Shown: positions 51,211 to 63,600 of the stretch, one piece after another | Layout of the letters: each line of letters opens with the position of its first letter | Position numbering within the stretch: position 1 is the first letter of the stretch | From: Dipteris shenzhenensis | Lineage: Eukaryota | DNA length: 64,000 nt | NCBI GenBank assembly: GCA_047967505.1 | Contig: CM106538.1 | Direction: 5' to 3' (one strand) | Notes under the pieces: model-generated | The model's database searches: none | Told to the model about the DNA's origin: nothing | Seen by the model: the letters and a program-made list of their open reading frames with translations, nothing else | Made by a program: the position numbers and the translations under genes

Positions 51211-51957
51211 GATGGAGTATGTGACATGAGAAGGGACTATGAGATGGTGAGTGGTCCTTCTTGCCTAGTTTATTGTGCCAATCCACTAGCTTGGTAGGGG
51301 TATGCTAAACTTTTGTTGAGCCCTTCGATGATGGCATCTACTGAAGTGGAGGTGAAGGAAGTGGCTATTGAGTCTAAATAGTAGGGGTCTCAAGTGATGG
51401 CAATGGGGTTGGCTCATGGACAAGTGGAGAGGATTGTCAAAGCTCATTGGTTGAAAGAGGCTCAATGATAGGAGGCTCATTATGGGAGGGCAAATTGATA
51501 AGAGGGCAACATGAGGATCAGTAAAAAGAGGAGTCTCATTGGTAGAGGGTGGCTATTGCGGCTCTTTGGTAGGAGGCTATTGAGGCTCTTTAGAGCTAAC
51601 AAATGACGGCTTTATTTTCAAATGAATTTTGAGAGCTTGGGGATGAGGGGGCATGAGAAAAAAACAAGACTCAAGAATGAGTACCCTTTCAAAATTGCTG
51701 AGGTCTTCATCAGAGCACAAGCCAAAGGCTCCAATTTGTTTTGCCATAGAAGAAGGCCCTATGAAAAGTGGAATTGGCATTCAGCCTTCCAATTGCATTG
51801 CCCTTGGCCATGACACACCTCTTATGACCCACCTATGTTGGATCATGCACATATGTGGCCCAAACTTGCAATGCACCTTTCCCTTCCCTTGGACTATCTA
51901 AAGCAGAGAGTCAACTTTCTTGTGGAAGACACCAGGCTAGTCGATTAGTACTTTGTC

Positions 51958-52185
51958 TTCATACACAGATAGAGCTTTAGGAACATATGCACATGAGATA
52001 TAACTTGTGCTCTTCTTCAAGCATATGTACCTGGATAGGAACTTCTTTTAGAGAGTCGATGATCTTACGGAAGACACAAAGCTTCATATTTTGTTTTCAT
52101 ATAGACATAGAGCTTTTGCAACATATGCACATGTGCGAGATAAGCTGTGCTCTTCTTCAGTCCTATGTACTTGGATAGAAACTTG
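51958..52185. repeat. Imperfect direct repeat, 2 x ~90 bp (51958-52046, 52096-52185)
   Basis: ttcatat..atagagcttt..aacatatgcacatg..tgtgctcttcttca..tatgtac.tggatag.aactt occurs twice. Confidence 0.8.
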
Positions 52186-52199
52186 AAGTATTTCTTCTA

Positions 52200-52830
52200 G
52201 ATGATGGCACACGGAGATTTGCCCATTGGCCAATGGTTGGAGATGATGCAAGTAGATGGTAGGTGTCACTATTGTGCAAACGGTGTTTTGGGGGCGATCC
52301 CACATTGTCTATGGGATCGCTTTGTAGCATACATTATTTGGTTGGGTGCCCTGTGTATTGCTACCAACACACAGAGGATGCAACGAGACTTCACTTGGCA
52401 AATGGTTGCATGGTTGATAGAGGGAGGTCATGCCTTCTCCATTGATCCAACCTCTGCATCCTATAGGATCTAGGCCAATTGGTCTCGAAGATAGAGGTAC
52501 ATGATGCAACACCTCCTTCCCACCCAAAGATTGTGTTTGGGAGATGGCATCCAGCATCATTGTGTAGAACATCTAAGTTTCCCAATGATGGAAGGCCATC
52601 AAGTTGTCTTGACAGCCACCCTCATTGCCATCTAGAAAGATATCATTTATTCCCTACACACCATATAGGAGCATGGGACTTTAAGTTCTCAAGCAATCAC
52701 CAAAAGGAGGGATCATTCCAACAAGGCCTTTCCTACAGGTATCTTTTATGTAATTATCAAGTGACACATTTTCTAGGTGTATCAACCTCTGACAGGTTGT
52801 TAGCCCCTGTTCAAGAGATTCCCTAGGTAG
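52200..52830 (+). mobile_element. L1-type LINE 3' fragment (zf-RVT-like region)
   Basis: LPIGQWL..RCHYCANG..IPHCLW..VAYIIW matches the C-x2-C..H-C-L-W-x-C zinc-binding motif after LINE RT. Confidence 0.7.
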
Positions 52831-55800
52831 TCGGGTAGGTTCTCTGGAAACAAGCTGGTTTTTTTAACAACCAATTGCTTTTTCCATTTTCCATTATCAT
52901 TGCCTTTTGGACTACTAATTTGTATGGTTGGTTTTTCAAACATCAAAAGGAATTATTTTCTCGGGGTTCAGGTTGGGGGGGGGGGAAGGAACACAAGAAA
53001 CCTAATAAAATTCCATGTTCCAAACTATTATTTTCTTAAACATGGGACACAAAAATGAATGTTTCCTTCATCATACAACAACACCCCAACAAGGGAGGTA
53101 AGGGGCCAAGATATTTTATTCCTCATACTATGAAGCATGAATCTTATTTCCTAGAATTTCTTAAGCTCAATTATAAGCCTATGTGTGTTCGAACTTGTAT
53201 GCTTGATTGGTTTATGGTTGTTTTCTCATCCTTACTTCTAATTTGATACAGAAGTGGTATGATCTTGTGAATCCTGACCATGTTTATTTGACCACTATTC
53301 AAATCTCAATCCTTGAATCGCCCATTTGTAGGCTCAGTTGTGACAACGTCAAACTATTTAAAAAATGCATTGCCTTACTAGGTGAAAGAGTGTGGCATAT
53401 TTTTGTCCTTGGCTATGAAACTCCTTCCTGCAAATGAGTTTCTTTGGAGAAACCCCATGATGAAGAGGGGTTATGGGAGGTTTTCTTCAACTATACTTCC
53501 TTATCAAATAAAAGTTATGAGGGGATTTTCTATGAGAAACCCTCTTTATACGTGGGATTTTTAAAAATCCTTTCCATCCCAGTATCCACCATGCCTAACC
53601 TCATTGTCATTGTTAGATTGCCAAAGGAATGACGTGAAGTGCAATAGTCTTGCACTTGGCAAAATAAGAATCCCATTAATAAAATTGGTTAAAAAGTCTA
53701 ACGGAGTATATATCAAGATGACACATAATATTAAGCATTTGGCCTGGTCAAGAAAATATTGCATTTGAACAAGGGGATCTCTCCTTCATTTTTCAACCCC
53801 CTCACATTCACATTGAAAGTACAATGGGCAGGGATATTCTACTTTTTAAACAATCAATTGCCAATAAGAAATGGAAATCAATAAGATATATATAAAGTCT
53901 ATACTAGAGTAATAGGCAACCATGTCCTACATTTTGGAATATCATGTGTCTCCCTTGTTAAAATATAAGTATTCCACCTTTGAAATTTTCAAATATCAAC
54001 AAAGAAGCCAAATTAATGAAATGCACACAAGGATTTAGACAAAAATAGTCACCTCTTGGAATTTGAAGTAAGAAGTGCCGTGTTGCAAAAACTCAAATAC
54101 TATTGTGAGTATGTTTCCTTATCAACAATTGGAGTTGTTTAGTCTTAGGCTTTGGCCTACATAGATCATAGGGTCAAATTTTAGAGGTACCAACCTTGAA
54201 AGAGTCTATGGTTGCCACATGGGAACTGGGAGGGGGTGAGATGAGTAGGTCCCCATGCATCGAGGATCCATGCTAGATAGCATTTTAACATATGGCAACA
54301 TGAGATTGACCCTCCTTTACTACATGGTAACCCACTATACTTTGGTACATATATGCTAGGACTACAAATGTGGTTCTCCACCATTATTTAACACATTCCA
54401 TCTAGTTCTTCTACCTATTGTCTTCTTTTGGTGAGTTTCCAAGTTCAATTTTTAGGTTTTTTAGGTGAGGGAGAGAAAAGAGAGAGAGAGAGAGAGAGAG
54501 AGATTTGAAGTTCCTTTTTAGATATTTAGGGAGAACTTTGCGCCATCGCATGATTTGTTTGCCAAAACTAGCTTAGAAGTTAATACTCTTTGCTGATCAC
54601 ACCAAGTAGTGGAGGAGCAATCAACGGCGGTGAAGTCATATGGAATAGGGCATTTCAGGCAACACGTGCTAAAAATAGGCGTATTCCCTATGTGGAGGGC
54701 CAAAGTGTTTTCCATGCTGATGACATGCAATCAAATTGCATGGCAGGTGAGCCAAATTTTGGTGGTGTGTTGGATTGGGGGCACAACACATTTGATATGA
54801 ATAGAGATGGAGGGCAGCCTCATTCCTATTCTAGAAGTGGCCAAATCAAATGGCTAAGGCAACTGGGGACAATTCTCATCTTTGACGATGGGTCTATGTA
54901 GAAGTAGGCTCACTTCATGCTGTTGTTGTGGAGTGCTATGTTTTCATGTGTGTGCAAACATCTCCCATCCTCTATGTTCTACGTGCTTGTGTGAGGCGCT
55001 TAATGTGGTTGGAGACTCCTTAGTGTGGGTTCACACCTATGCAATAATACTATACATATATAATTACTTATTAACACATTTATATCATATGGCAATATCT
55101 TTCTAGTGTTTTTATAGCATAAATAACAAGATATTTATGGACATGTTTCTAAAGAAGCTTAAATTACTATAAATAAGTATTAACTTGGGCTTATATATCA
55201 CTCTTATAAAATACATGTAATATTTAATACTATATATGCAATATTTTTCAAAATATAGCTCCATAGATGTGCTCAAATGGGGTGTTCCGATCAATTTGAG
55301 TGGTTGAATGACTATATTTGGACATTGAATGTGAAAGTTATGTCACTTTTAAAAATGTTGTCCAAGATAGTTTCGCCAGCGAAACTACCTTAGAAGACCT
55401 ACCTCAAAGGAGTTTCGCTGGCGAAACCACCTGGATGGCTTTCTTCAATGAGTTTTCTTTGAAGAAACCCTTTCATAAAGATAGGTTGAGAGAGGTTTTT
55501 CAATGTCACTCCCTATTAAGTAAAAGCTCTAAGAAGGATCATAAGGGAATTTTCATAGAGAAGTCTACTTTACATGTGGATTTCTTCAAAAGCCATCCCA
55601 TTATGTTCTCACCATTCCTAAAGATTCATGTAAAGATTTGTGTATAAAATAGGCATTGATATAATACTTTGCATATTTCTAAGTGAAACTATGTTTTCTT
55701 CTGATCCATTTTTGCCATATTTTTGCATAGTTGAAAGCTTTTTTTTTCCTTTGCTCGGACGCTCGGAAGATTTTGCTCGGAAAATGCTCATCCCCTACAC

Positions 55801-55973
55801 TCAGGGATCATATCTTTCAAACATCCGTGGAAAGAGTTTCACCCTCAATAGGTGTGGGTGTGCTATCGGTAGTTGACTTCCCTCCTCTTGATAGGAGGAA
55901 CTTTTCATAGGAGATGGCTTTCTCCGCCTATCAGGTTGGGTAGGATCTTCCATCCGGCCTCCTCCTCTCGTAG

Positions 55974-56580
55974 ATGAGGATTGTCAGTTGGAATGTTCAA
56001 AGCCTCGGGGGTGTACCTCACCACCGGTGCCATAGGCAGCTGATTCGTAACCAACTTCATCCAAGTGTTATTAGGGGACCCATGGATATTATGATGATTC
56101 AGGAACACAAATTGGATGTCATGGATTGTGCCAAGTTGGGTAAGCTTCTTTCAAGCCATACTTTTTGGTCACTTGCCTTGGGCACCAAGGGAGGTACTTG
56201 CATCTCTGTTTCTTCTTCTATACTCCCCTTGGTGATTGGACGCGGCATCATAGTCCCTTCCAGAGCTCAATATTTTATACTTTTCATTGGTGAGCATAAG
56301 GTTGGTCTTTTAAACCTTTATGCACCCAATTCTAGAGGGGATCTCGGACACTCAACATTTTTCATACTTCCCTTTTCTTCATGACTTGGGGCTCGGTTGC
56401 ATGATTATCCCTTACTGGGCCCCAGGTGTTTTATGAGGGTGAGCCTTCTTCTTGGGCACTCTTGATCCACCGACAGGTGATAGAGCCCTACTCTCTTCAT
56501 GATGTACCACATATTCCTTTCAAAGCTCCACGTGTTTCAGTGGACACCTCTTGGGAGATTTTGGCATCATTTGTTGCTCT
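55974..56580 (+). mobile_element. Internally deleted L1-type LINE: start of ORF2 AP-endonuclease
   Basis: MRIVSWNVQSLG..DIMMIQEHKL..GGT..LNLYAPN are the APE motifs SWNVxGL, QExK and NxYAPN. Homology breaks at ~56340. Confidence 0.85.
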
Positions 56581-56640
56581 TAATTCATGCATCGACCTTG
56601 TCGAACTTGGTTTCATCTCATTTAATATTCTCTATAATAG

Positions 56641-56934
56641 GAAATGCGTTTATACATGCCTTCTCAACACAGGAAATATTTGCAGCGCATCGATGCTGGT
56701 CCATCAATTCGAGATTTTGTGAAACAAAATCTTGAGGAACTCGGAGGAGAATATGACCGATGTATCATGGAGCTTTTCAAGTTCCGCTCTTTGCATAGAG
56801 GTCATGCTCAAAGTTACATAAAGAAACCAAGCAAGCAGAAGGAAGAACGAGGCACAAGAGGATTAGATTTCCTGACATATTTGATGCAGAATGCAAGCAC
56901 TACTATTGCTCACAGTGTTGGTTCTCTAGCCTGA
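56641..56934 (+). CDS. IDO: Terminal exon of an indoleamine 2,3-dioxygenase (IDO family, Pfam PF01231) gene or pseudogene
   Basis: After acceptor ..ttctctataatAG: EMRLYMPSQHRKYL..PSIRDFV..YDRCIMELFKFRSLH..YIKKP..RGTRGLDFLTYL..T, stop 56932-56934. Matches the IDO C-terminus (human IDO1 DMRRYMPPAHRNFL..PSVREFV..YDACVKALVSLRSYH..YILIP..GTGGTDLMNFL). Upstream exons not securely found. Confidence 0.88.
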   Translation, partial: EMRLYMPSQHRKYLQRIDAGPSIRDFVKQNLEELGGEYDRCIMELFKFRSLHRGHAQSYIKKPSKQKEERGTRGLDFLTYLMQNASTTIAHSVGSLA

Positions 56935-57254
56935 TTTGTGTTTAATGGACCTTGTAAATATTCACTCGAACAAGTCATACTCTTTCTACTGGCTAGATCA
57001 CATATCCATCTCAAATGGCACTTGATCACTTGTACGTCACTTGTGGGCGTGAAATGTATCACCGAAAATGTAACAGTGATCGTACTAAGAGACCCATATC
57101 CATTACTCATATACGTCCTTATAGGAGGCAGAAATCACCACTAGAATGTAACTACAAAGATGCCTCGTAATTAAATGAATCACCTTATTTCTTTTAGGAT
57201 TTTTCCTTTGATTTTATGCTATATTGCTGCATGCTAGTAGCGACAAATTGCCAC

Positions 57255-57258
<4 letters not shown>

Positions 57259-57290
<32 letters not shown>

Positions 57291-57323
57291 AGAGAGAGGG
57301 AGAGGGGGGGAGAGAGAGAGAGA
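57259..57323. repeat. (GA)n-rich microsatellite
   Basis: Visible. Confidence 0.95.
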
Positions 57324-57629
57324 GGCTAAAATAAACCCTTCTCCATCTATTATAATATAATTTCAACTTAAAAACTAATATACTACTAGCAACTCTATAA
57401 ACTAATGTTAAATAAAAAACTATATGTAACTATCAAAAATAAAGTCCACCGCTACAATCTACTAACCAAAAACATTAAAATACAGTTTCTTATAATCTAT
57501 ATGCGGGCTGATACAAGCTGGCAAAAGTGAGCTACACTACCGACACATGAACCTTTTAGAAAAAATAGAATAAAAGTCACAAGTCCAATTTGAATCTTTG
57601 TTAATATGCTTTCAAAGCTTATGGAAGAC

Positions 57630-57785
57630 AAGAATGTGGCATCTACCATTTGGGAGCATTTGAATGGGACACGAGATTCCACAGGCATAAGGGAGGATCT
57701 ACATACCACAGGGAGGATGCATGAAGCTTGGCCACAAGAGAGACCAAATGGACGTGTTTTTTTACCTCATGCACCGTGGAGGCTA
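57630..57785 (+). mobile_element. CACTA (En/Spm) transposase fragment
   Basis: KNVASTIWEHLNGTRDSTGIREDL..AWPQ..G..FLPHAPWRL resembles the TnpD segment (MHIE)KNV...KD....R.DL....LP.A.Y.L. Confidence 0.7.
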
Positions 57786-57789
57786 AGGG

Positions 57790-59310
57790 GTAGGGCTAAG
57801 GGGCATCCCTAACGGACTGATCTGGTGATCTCAAATCTGTCCCCCCTGACTCCACCAATAAGAACCTAGCCAGTCTAATCGTCTAACCTGTCATAAGATT
57901 TCTCAAAGTCCAAAGTAGAATGGCCAGCTTGTGGCCATTATGCATGGCCCAATCCAAAGCCTCCCAAACTGAGAAAATTGTCGTCAAAGATGCTCCTACC
58001 ATGCACAAAGCCCGTATGCATATCATGGATAAGATCTAGGAGAAAAGGCTACAGACGAAGGCTGATAGCTTTAGGTAGGATTTTATACAAAGTACCCAGT
58101 AAGGTAATTGGTCTCCATTGAGACACCAAATTCCTGCAACCCCCTTTTAGAATCAAATGAATGAGGCCCTTCGTAATTGAGTCTAGCATCTCACCCGAGT
58201 CCCATACACCCTACAAGGCTAAAGTAATGTAATCCCCAATCTGATCCCAAAAAGTAATTAAAAACACTTGCCCTTGTGAAGGGTAGAGAGAGCAGTCCTG
58301 AACTCTACGTTGGTGAAGGGTGCATCAAGTGAGATAGTCATATCCCCTATCACACCAACCCAGGTAAGTGTCACAAATAACCACTCTGGCGTCATCTGTG
58401 GCCTCAGTGTCAGGATCTATTGCTATAAGAAGGGAGGCATAGAAATTGGTGGCAACCTACAAGATGGCATTTGGATGTGTCTAAAGAAATCCACTTGAGT
58501 CAACAAGTTGTGAAATACTCTCCCTACTATGTCTGGGGCCAAGAGTAGAGAAAAACTTCTTGCTGACCCTACCTCCCATCTGAGTCCAAAATGAATCTTT
58601 GGCATGAAAGGAATACTCTGCTCTCTGATCTAAAAGTGACTACTATTGGGCCCTTGCTATTTCAGCAAGGCGCTCCTAAATCCAAGCATCTGTAGGCCTC
58701 TTCTACTCCTCCCTTTGGAGGGCAGCCAACTACTAGCGGATACCTATCTCACGCCTAAGGATCTCACCCCTCCTGATATGAGAAGCTAAAAGATAAAAGT
58801 TGCTAATATCAAAGAGGGCTGGCTAAGTCTGATGGAGAAAACTACCCATCCTACATATGAGATACCTAGGTCCTCAATATTGTCTCTGTAAGGCCCTCCT
58901 GTACATAATAAAAGGCATCTGGAATCCTAATAGTGGCAGAGTAGCCCCACATGAGGATCTGAGACCATCAAAACCACTAGAAAATGATCTGAAGTGGACA
59001 CCCCAACTGTAATGCTAACAATACCACCTTTGTCAAGAGCCCAATCATCCACATAAATCTGTCAATCCGTGCATGGATAGGCATCTGCAATCTCCTGACC
59101 AAGAAAATAGGAGAGAATGTGGTTGAGTGTGAAAAGGATCATCGTGCCAAGCATCCCTGCCACTGTACTGAAAAAGGAAGGCATCCCAGGGTGCTCTCTA
59201 TAGGGAGTGAATACCACCTTCCCTACCACCCCTTTTGTCTGAGGACATTTCAACCATGTTAAAATCGCCCCCTGTAACCCAAGCATCTGCAATGTGTGTC
59301 CAAGAGAGTA
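57790..59310 (-). mobile_element. Degenerate L1-type LINE ORF2 (endonuclease end to RT start)
   Basis: Minus-strand broken frames GRSIFDDN..WEALDWA..ILL(L)DFEKSYDRLD (~57870-58000), and IDRF near 59050-59070. Confidence 0.7.
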
Positions 59311-59317
59311 GTTCCTT

Positions 59318-60114
59318 TCAAAAAAGAACTGCACCACCTGCAAAGGTGAACACATAACCAGTAGTGGATCTCCTGCTATCCACATGCCCTGCATAATCTA
59401 AATCTATGTACCCAAGTACACACATCTCTCCTCTGCTAAAGTAGATACACATGATGTACCTCATGATACACATCTCCTTGATACCATTCATGTACCTCAT
59501 GATTTACTTAACTGCCTCCCAATTCCTCTTTCCTAGATTAGCCATATACCGGCTAACAACTCCCACTACAAATGCAATTTCCAGTCTAGTAGCTATCATA
59601 GCATACATAAGACTCCCAACCATTGATGCATAAGGAGCCTTGGCCATCATGGCCATCTCCTCATCTGATTTGGGACTATCTGCTTGACTCAGTTTCACAT
59701 ATGGAGGCAATGGAGTACTTACTACCTCCCCCCCCTCCATATGGAAACACTACAACACTTTTGTAGCATAACCCTTCTGTGAAAGCCAAAGGATTTTCCT
59801 ACTCCGGTCACACATGATGTGCATACCAAGAATATGACCTAGAGGTCCCAAATCTTTCATGTCAAAAGGAGGTCAAAGGCCTCATGCAACTTGGCCTTCA
59901 ATGCATCTAGCTCATAAGTGTTCTTGCGAGCCAATAGCACATCATCCACATAAAGTGTCATGAGTATCAAGCTATTATCCTTATCCCTTTTAGTGTAGAG
60001 GCAGTGATCAAACTCACTTCTTCTAAAACCTTGGGACCAAATAAAAGCATCAAATTTTTGATACCATACTCTAGCTGCTTGCTTAAGGCCAAGAGACTTC
60101 TTTTCGACTTGCAA
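59318..60114 (-). mobile_element. Copia RT/RNase H fragment (family different from A-E)
   Basis: GLKQAARVWYQKFD..LYVDDVL; PYASMVGSLMYAM; DYAGHVDSRRSTTGYVF. Confidence 0.9.
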
Positions 60115-60117
60115 ACC

Positions 60118-60690
60118 AAATCCTATTTGTGGCTAAAGCTATGAGCTATTACATTAGAGCTCAAGCTGGTATTGTACAGCTCAAACTTCCTTTGAGGCAA
60201 GAGGATGAGCTCTTAGACAGTGAGTTAGCAAATGATACGGCTATTTTTTTGGATGCCACTCCACAGACACTGACTTCATTCTAGATGGCATTGGATTTGT
60301 TTTGCATTGTGGTAGGTGCACACATTAATTGGAACAAATCCAATGCCTTTTGGATCAGTGATGAGGACACTCCATACTTGGGGAATGACATAGGGTTCAC
60401 TTGGATTCAGAACGGAGTCTCTGTCAGATATCTAGGATGCGAGGTTGGGGTGGGCATCTCTCTGGCATAGTAGTTTGCTCCCGTGTTGGAGAGTATCAAG
60501 AGGAAACTCATCTTTTGGAGTTCTTCTATACTTGACCTTGCATCTAGAGTTGTGGTTGTGAACCACGTATTATTGGCCATGGCCTAGTTCGTTTGCTCAT
60601 GTTGGTGTAGATCTAGAGGCCATAATGCTCAACTCATGAAACCTATCAGGAACTTCCTATGGAGCGGTTTAGATTGCACCTCAGATGTTG
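60118..60690 (+). mobile_element. L1-type LINE RT fragment
   Basis: ELANDTAIFL (decayed FADD), LFC..VGAHINWNKS, VRYLG, RVVVVNHVL, IRNFLWSG. Confidence 0.8.
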
Positions 60691-63600
60691 GTAAAACTTG
60701 TGTGACTATCTATTATCTGCTCTATAGGACTCCTAAGATCATGCTTGCATCCTTCTCTTCACTTCATGGGAACATTTGCATCCTCTGCTTGTTTTGCTTT
60801 CTACCTTGTTTTCTCTTCTGCCCTCTCGTAGATGCAAAATCTTCTAATCTCTGTGCAGAGTGCAGTTATCTTCATGTCCTTGTTCCTAACATCACTATTT
60901 TTTGGCAATTTATAACATAACAAGACCGGCCCTGGATACGATGCTATGTTGAGCTAGCGAATGAGGTAGGTGACGTATACATTCCAAAATCTTCAATGCA
61001 CATAGTGGATTGACTCTTAAGCAAAATCACAGCCCTGTTTCTTCTCTTGATGCAGGAAAAGATTATGGATGTATTGATGTCTACTGTTGCAGAGCGAATC
61101 CATGCAATTGTTTGAGACATGACAATTGGAGCACATTGGGTATCGATGGTGAACTTCAGCCAATCATACCTTCAATCTGGAGTTGTAATGGTAGTAAAGG
61201 CTAGTGGGCAAGGACTTGCATATTCACCATGGATGTTCTTTTTTGTACCTTTCACAACATAGATGTGGTGCACCATGATCGGATCATTTGTGCTCACAGG
61301 ATTGTTGCTGTGGCTATTGGAGTGCAACACTCATCCCCACCAGATAGTCGGTTGGTGAGCCTCAACTGCTCTCTCAACATTTTTACTTGAACGCACCATT
61401 AGTAAGGGCTTCCAAACTACCCACTACTAGTTAAGCTTTGTTTTGTGTGTATTTGGTCAACATGGATTACGTGTGGGTTAGTAGTAGCTAAGGGCTTCTA
61501 ACACCTCTTTTCTCTCCTCTCTTTCTCTCATCACCTTTCCCCATATTGCTTCACCTTCACTTGCTTTTTCTCTTTTCCTTTCCTTCCAATTTACACCTAT
61601 CATTTTCCTTTTACAAGTTATTGGAAATATTTATCAAGCAAATTTACACTTACACTTATAATGACATTCCAAGAGGGAGGGCCTTAGTGGGATCCCCACC
61701 TTGTTATTCAACATGGGAAAAGGTTTTTTCCCCCTCCAAGGGTCTTGATTTTTGGGACGGGTTGGGAAAAGGGAGGTTTTTTTTAGCACTGGCCCTCCTA
61801 GAGACAATGCTTGAGGGTTGCCCGAGTTGGGGCAAAGTTTTGTGAGTATTCTCAAATTTTTGGGAAATTTTTGAAATTCAAAAGTCTATTTTTGGGTGAG
61901 TGAACTCCTCTTTTAGAGGTGGACACATGGGAGGGGTATTATTAGTGGCCTTTTTGGTTGTACCGTTTGCACTCTTGCATGCAGCATTGTTATTTGTAGT
62001 GTCTCATCATCTAAAGTGCAGTCATTCTAGGATTCCCATTGCTTGACAAACAGCACAGTGATAGAAGCCGCATTCAAGTCATTGAAATGTTCCAAGCTAA
62101 TTGGTCCTTTTATCTCTCTCTCACCTCATCGGTGGATTTTCGGCTCTTAAAGCTCTTGGACTTCATAGGAAAGCTAGATCACATAACATACATTGACTTC
62201 ATCGTGTCATGTTGAATGGAAGATTGCACTCTCCCTTTGTCATCAAGGCGATTTGGCAATTGTTTTGTAGCGAACAACTATAATGGGAACTCATGGAGAT
62301 AGAGCCTTTTCTTCTAACAACAAGGGAAGCGATGCAACATTGGGACAATCAAGCTAGGATGATGATTCATTTTTTTTGCAGAAGAGGGGGCCTACACATA
62401 AAGCTTGTGTTGTGTGCATACAAAAAAATCGTGTTGCTAATGTAGACCTCAAGCAACAACAATCTTTAGGCAATTGGGTAAGTATCTCAAGTGTCGAGCG
62501 CTCATTGAAGGAGTGCTTCAATGGTGATGCTTTTCATCTGCACCAAAAGAATTCAATTTGCAACGAAATCATTTGAATTGATTCTCCCCTAGTGGATGAA
62601 TGGACTGTCGTTTACTACTTTTACTGCTAAAATCGACTCCTTACAAGCTCTGCTTTTCTTAATCAAGATGAACTGTTGAACAAGTTTTGCTGGAAGATAT
62701 TTTTGTCTGTTTAGAAAATGGCCGGATTCTTTTTCAACTCATAATGATCCCTTGGGTCCTTGCCTATTTATCTCCTTGCTGCCACGCTCTTCTTTTCAGG
62801 TGTGAATCCATGATCGTAATCAGCGCTTCTTTCTTGAGATGTTTATATAGGTTTGGCTTGAAGGCTCTTTGGAAGAAGTCATTCAAAACCTAGTGAAGTC
62901 TTGGGAAATGGAGTTGTCGCACAAAATGCGAGTATAGGATTTTAAGACTATACATCTAGAGATGCTGTAAGCTATCTCGCACTATGTGTTTGTTTTGATG
63001 ATTAGCTTGCTATATTCATTTGATGGTCATTTTCATGGATTTCACAATGCAGGGTACACAAAAGGGAAGAGCAACATCATTGTTCTAGGGTTTAGTGTCC
63101 ACAATGCCCATATGGACATGCGAGAGAAATTGGTCATTCTGGAGGCCAAGTGGCCTCATGCAATCATGCAATTGATAGCACTGCCGCACATTGAGAAAGT
63201 CGAAGTGCTGATCACTTGCAATCATATGGAAATTTATGTGGTTGCTCTTTCTTGGCATAGGGGTGTACTAGAGGTCAGCAAAGGTCCGTCTTTGTTTCCT
63301 TTGTTGCATTGATTGTTAAGTTAGTGCATGACCATTGTGAATGTGGCTATTATTTGTTTGTATGAATGTTTGAAAATTACACCATCATGCTTCTAAATTT
63401 CCAACTACAAGCTTTCCTTTGCAACGGTACAAGTTACTCCTCCACTACGTGATATGAAGATGGCCTTGCAAAATAAGATAATAAAGTACGTGAAGCTTGT
63501 AGGCATCGTTCCCTTTATTATTGAGAGGCCTTCTAAGTAGTATAATCCCCAATCCTTTCTATAGTGTGGCCATTTTTCTTATGACATAGATATGCTCTTT

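Noticed and set aside
53620-53790. Minus-strand FNQFY*WDSYF resembling trehalase YYWDSY
   Set aside because: Short match with a stop and no flanking trehalase similarity.
54590-54901. 103-aa ORF and alternative frames as IDO middle exons or NB-ARC
   Set aside because: Only vague resemblance (LI*IEMEGSLIPIL; LKIGVFPM), no diagnostic motif, no convincing splice sites. Left unassigned.
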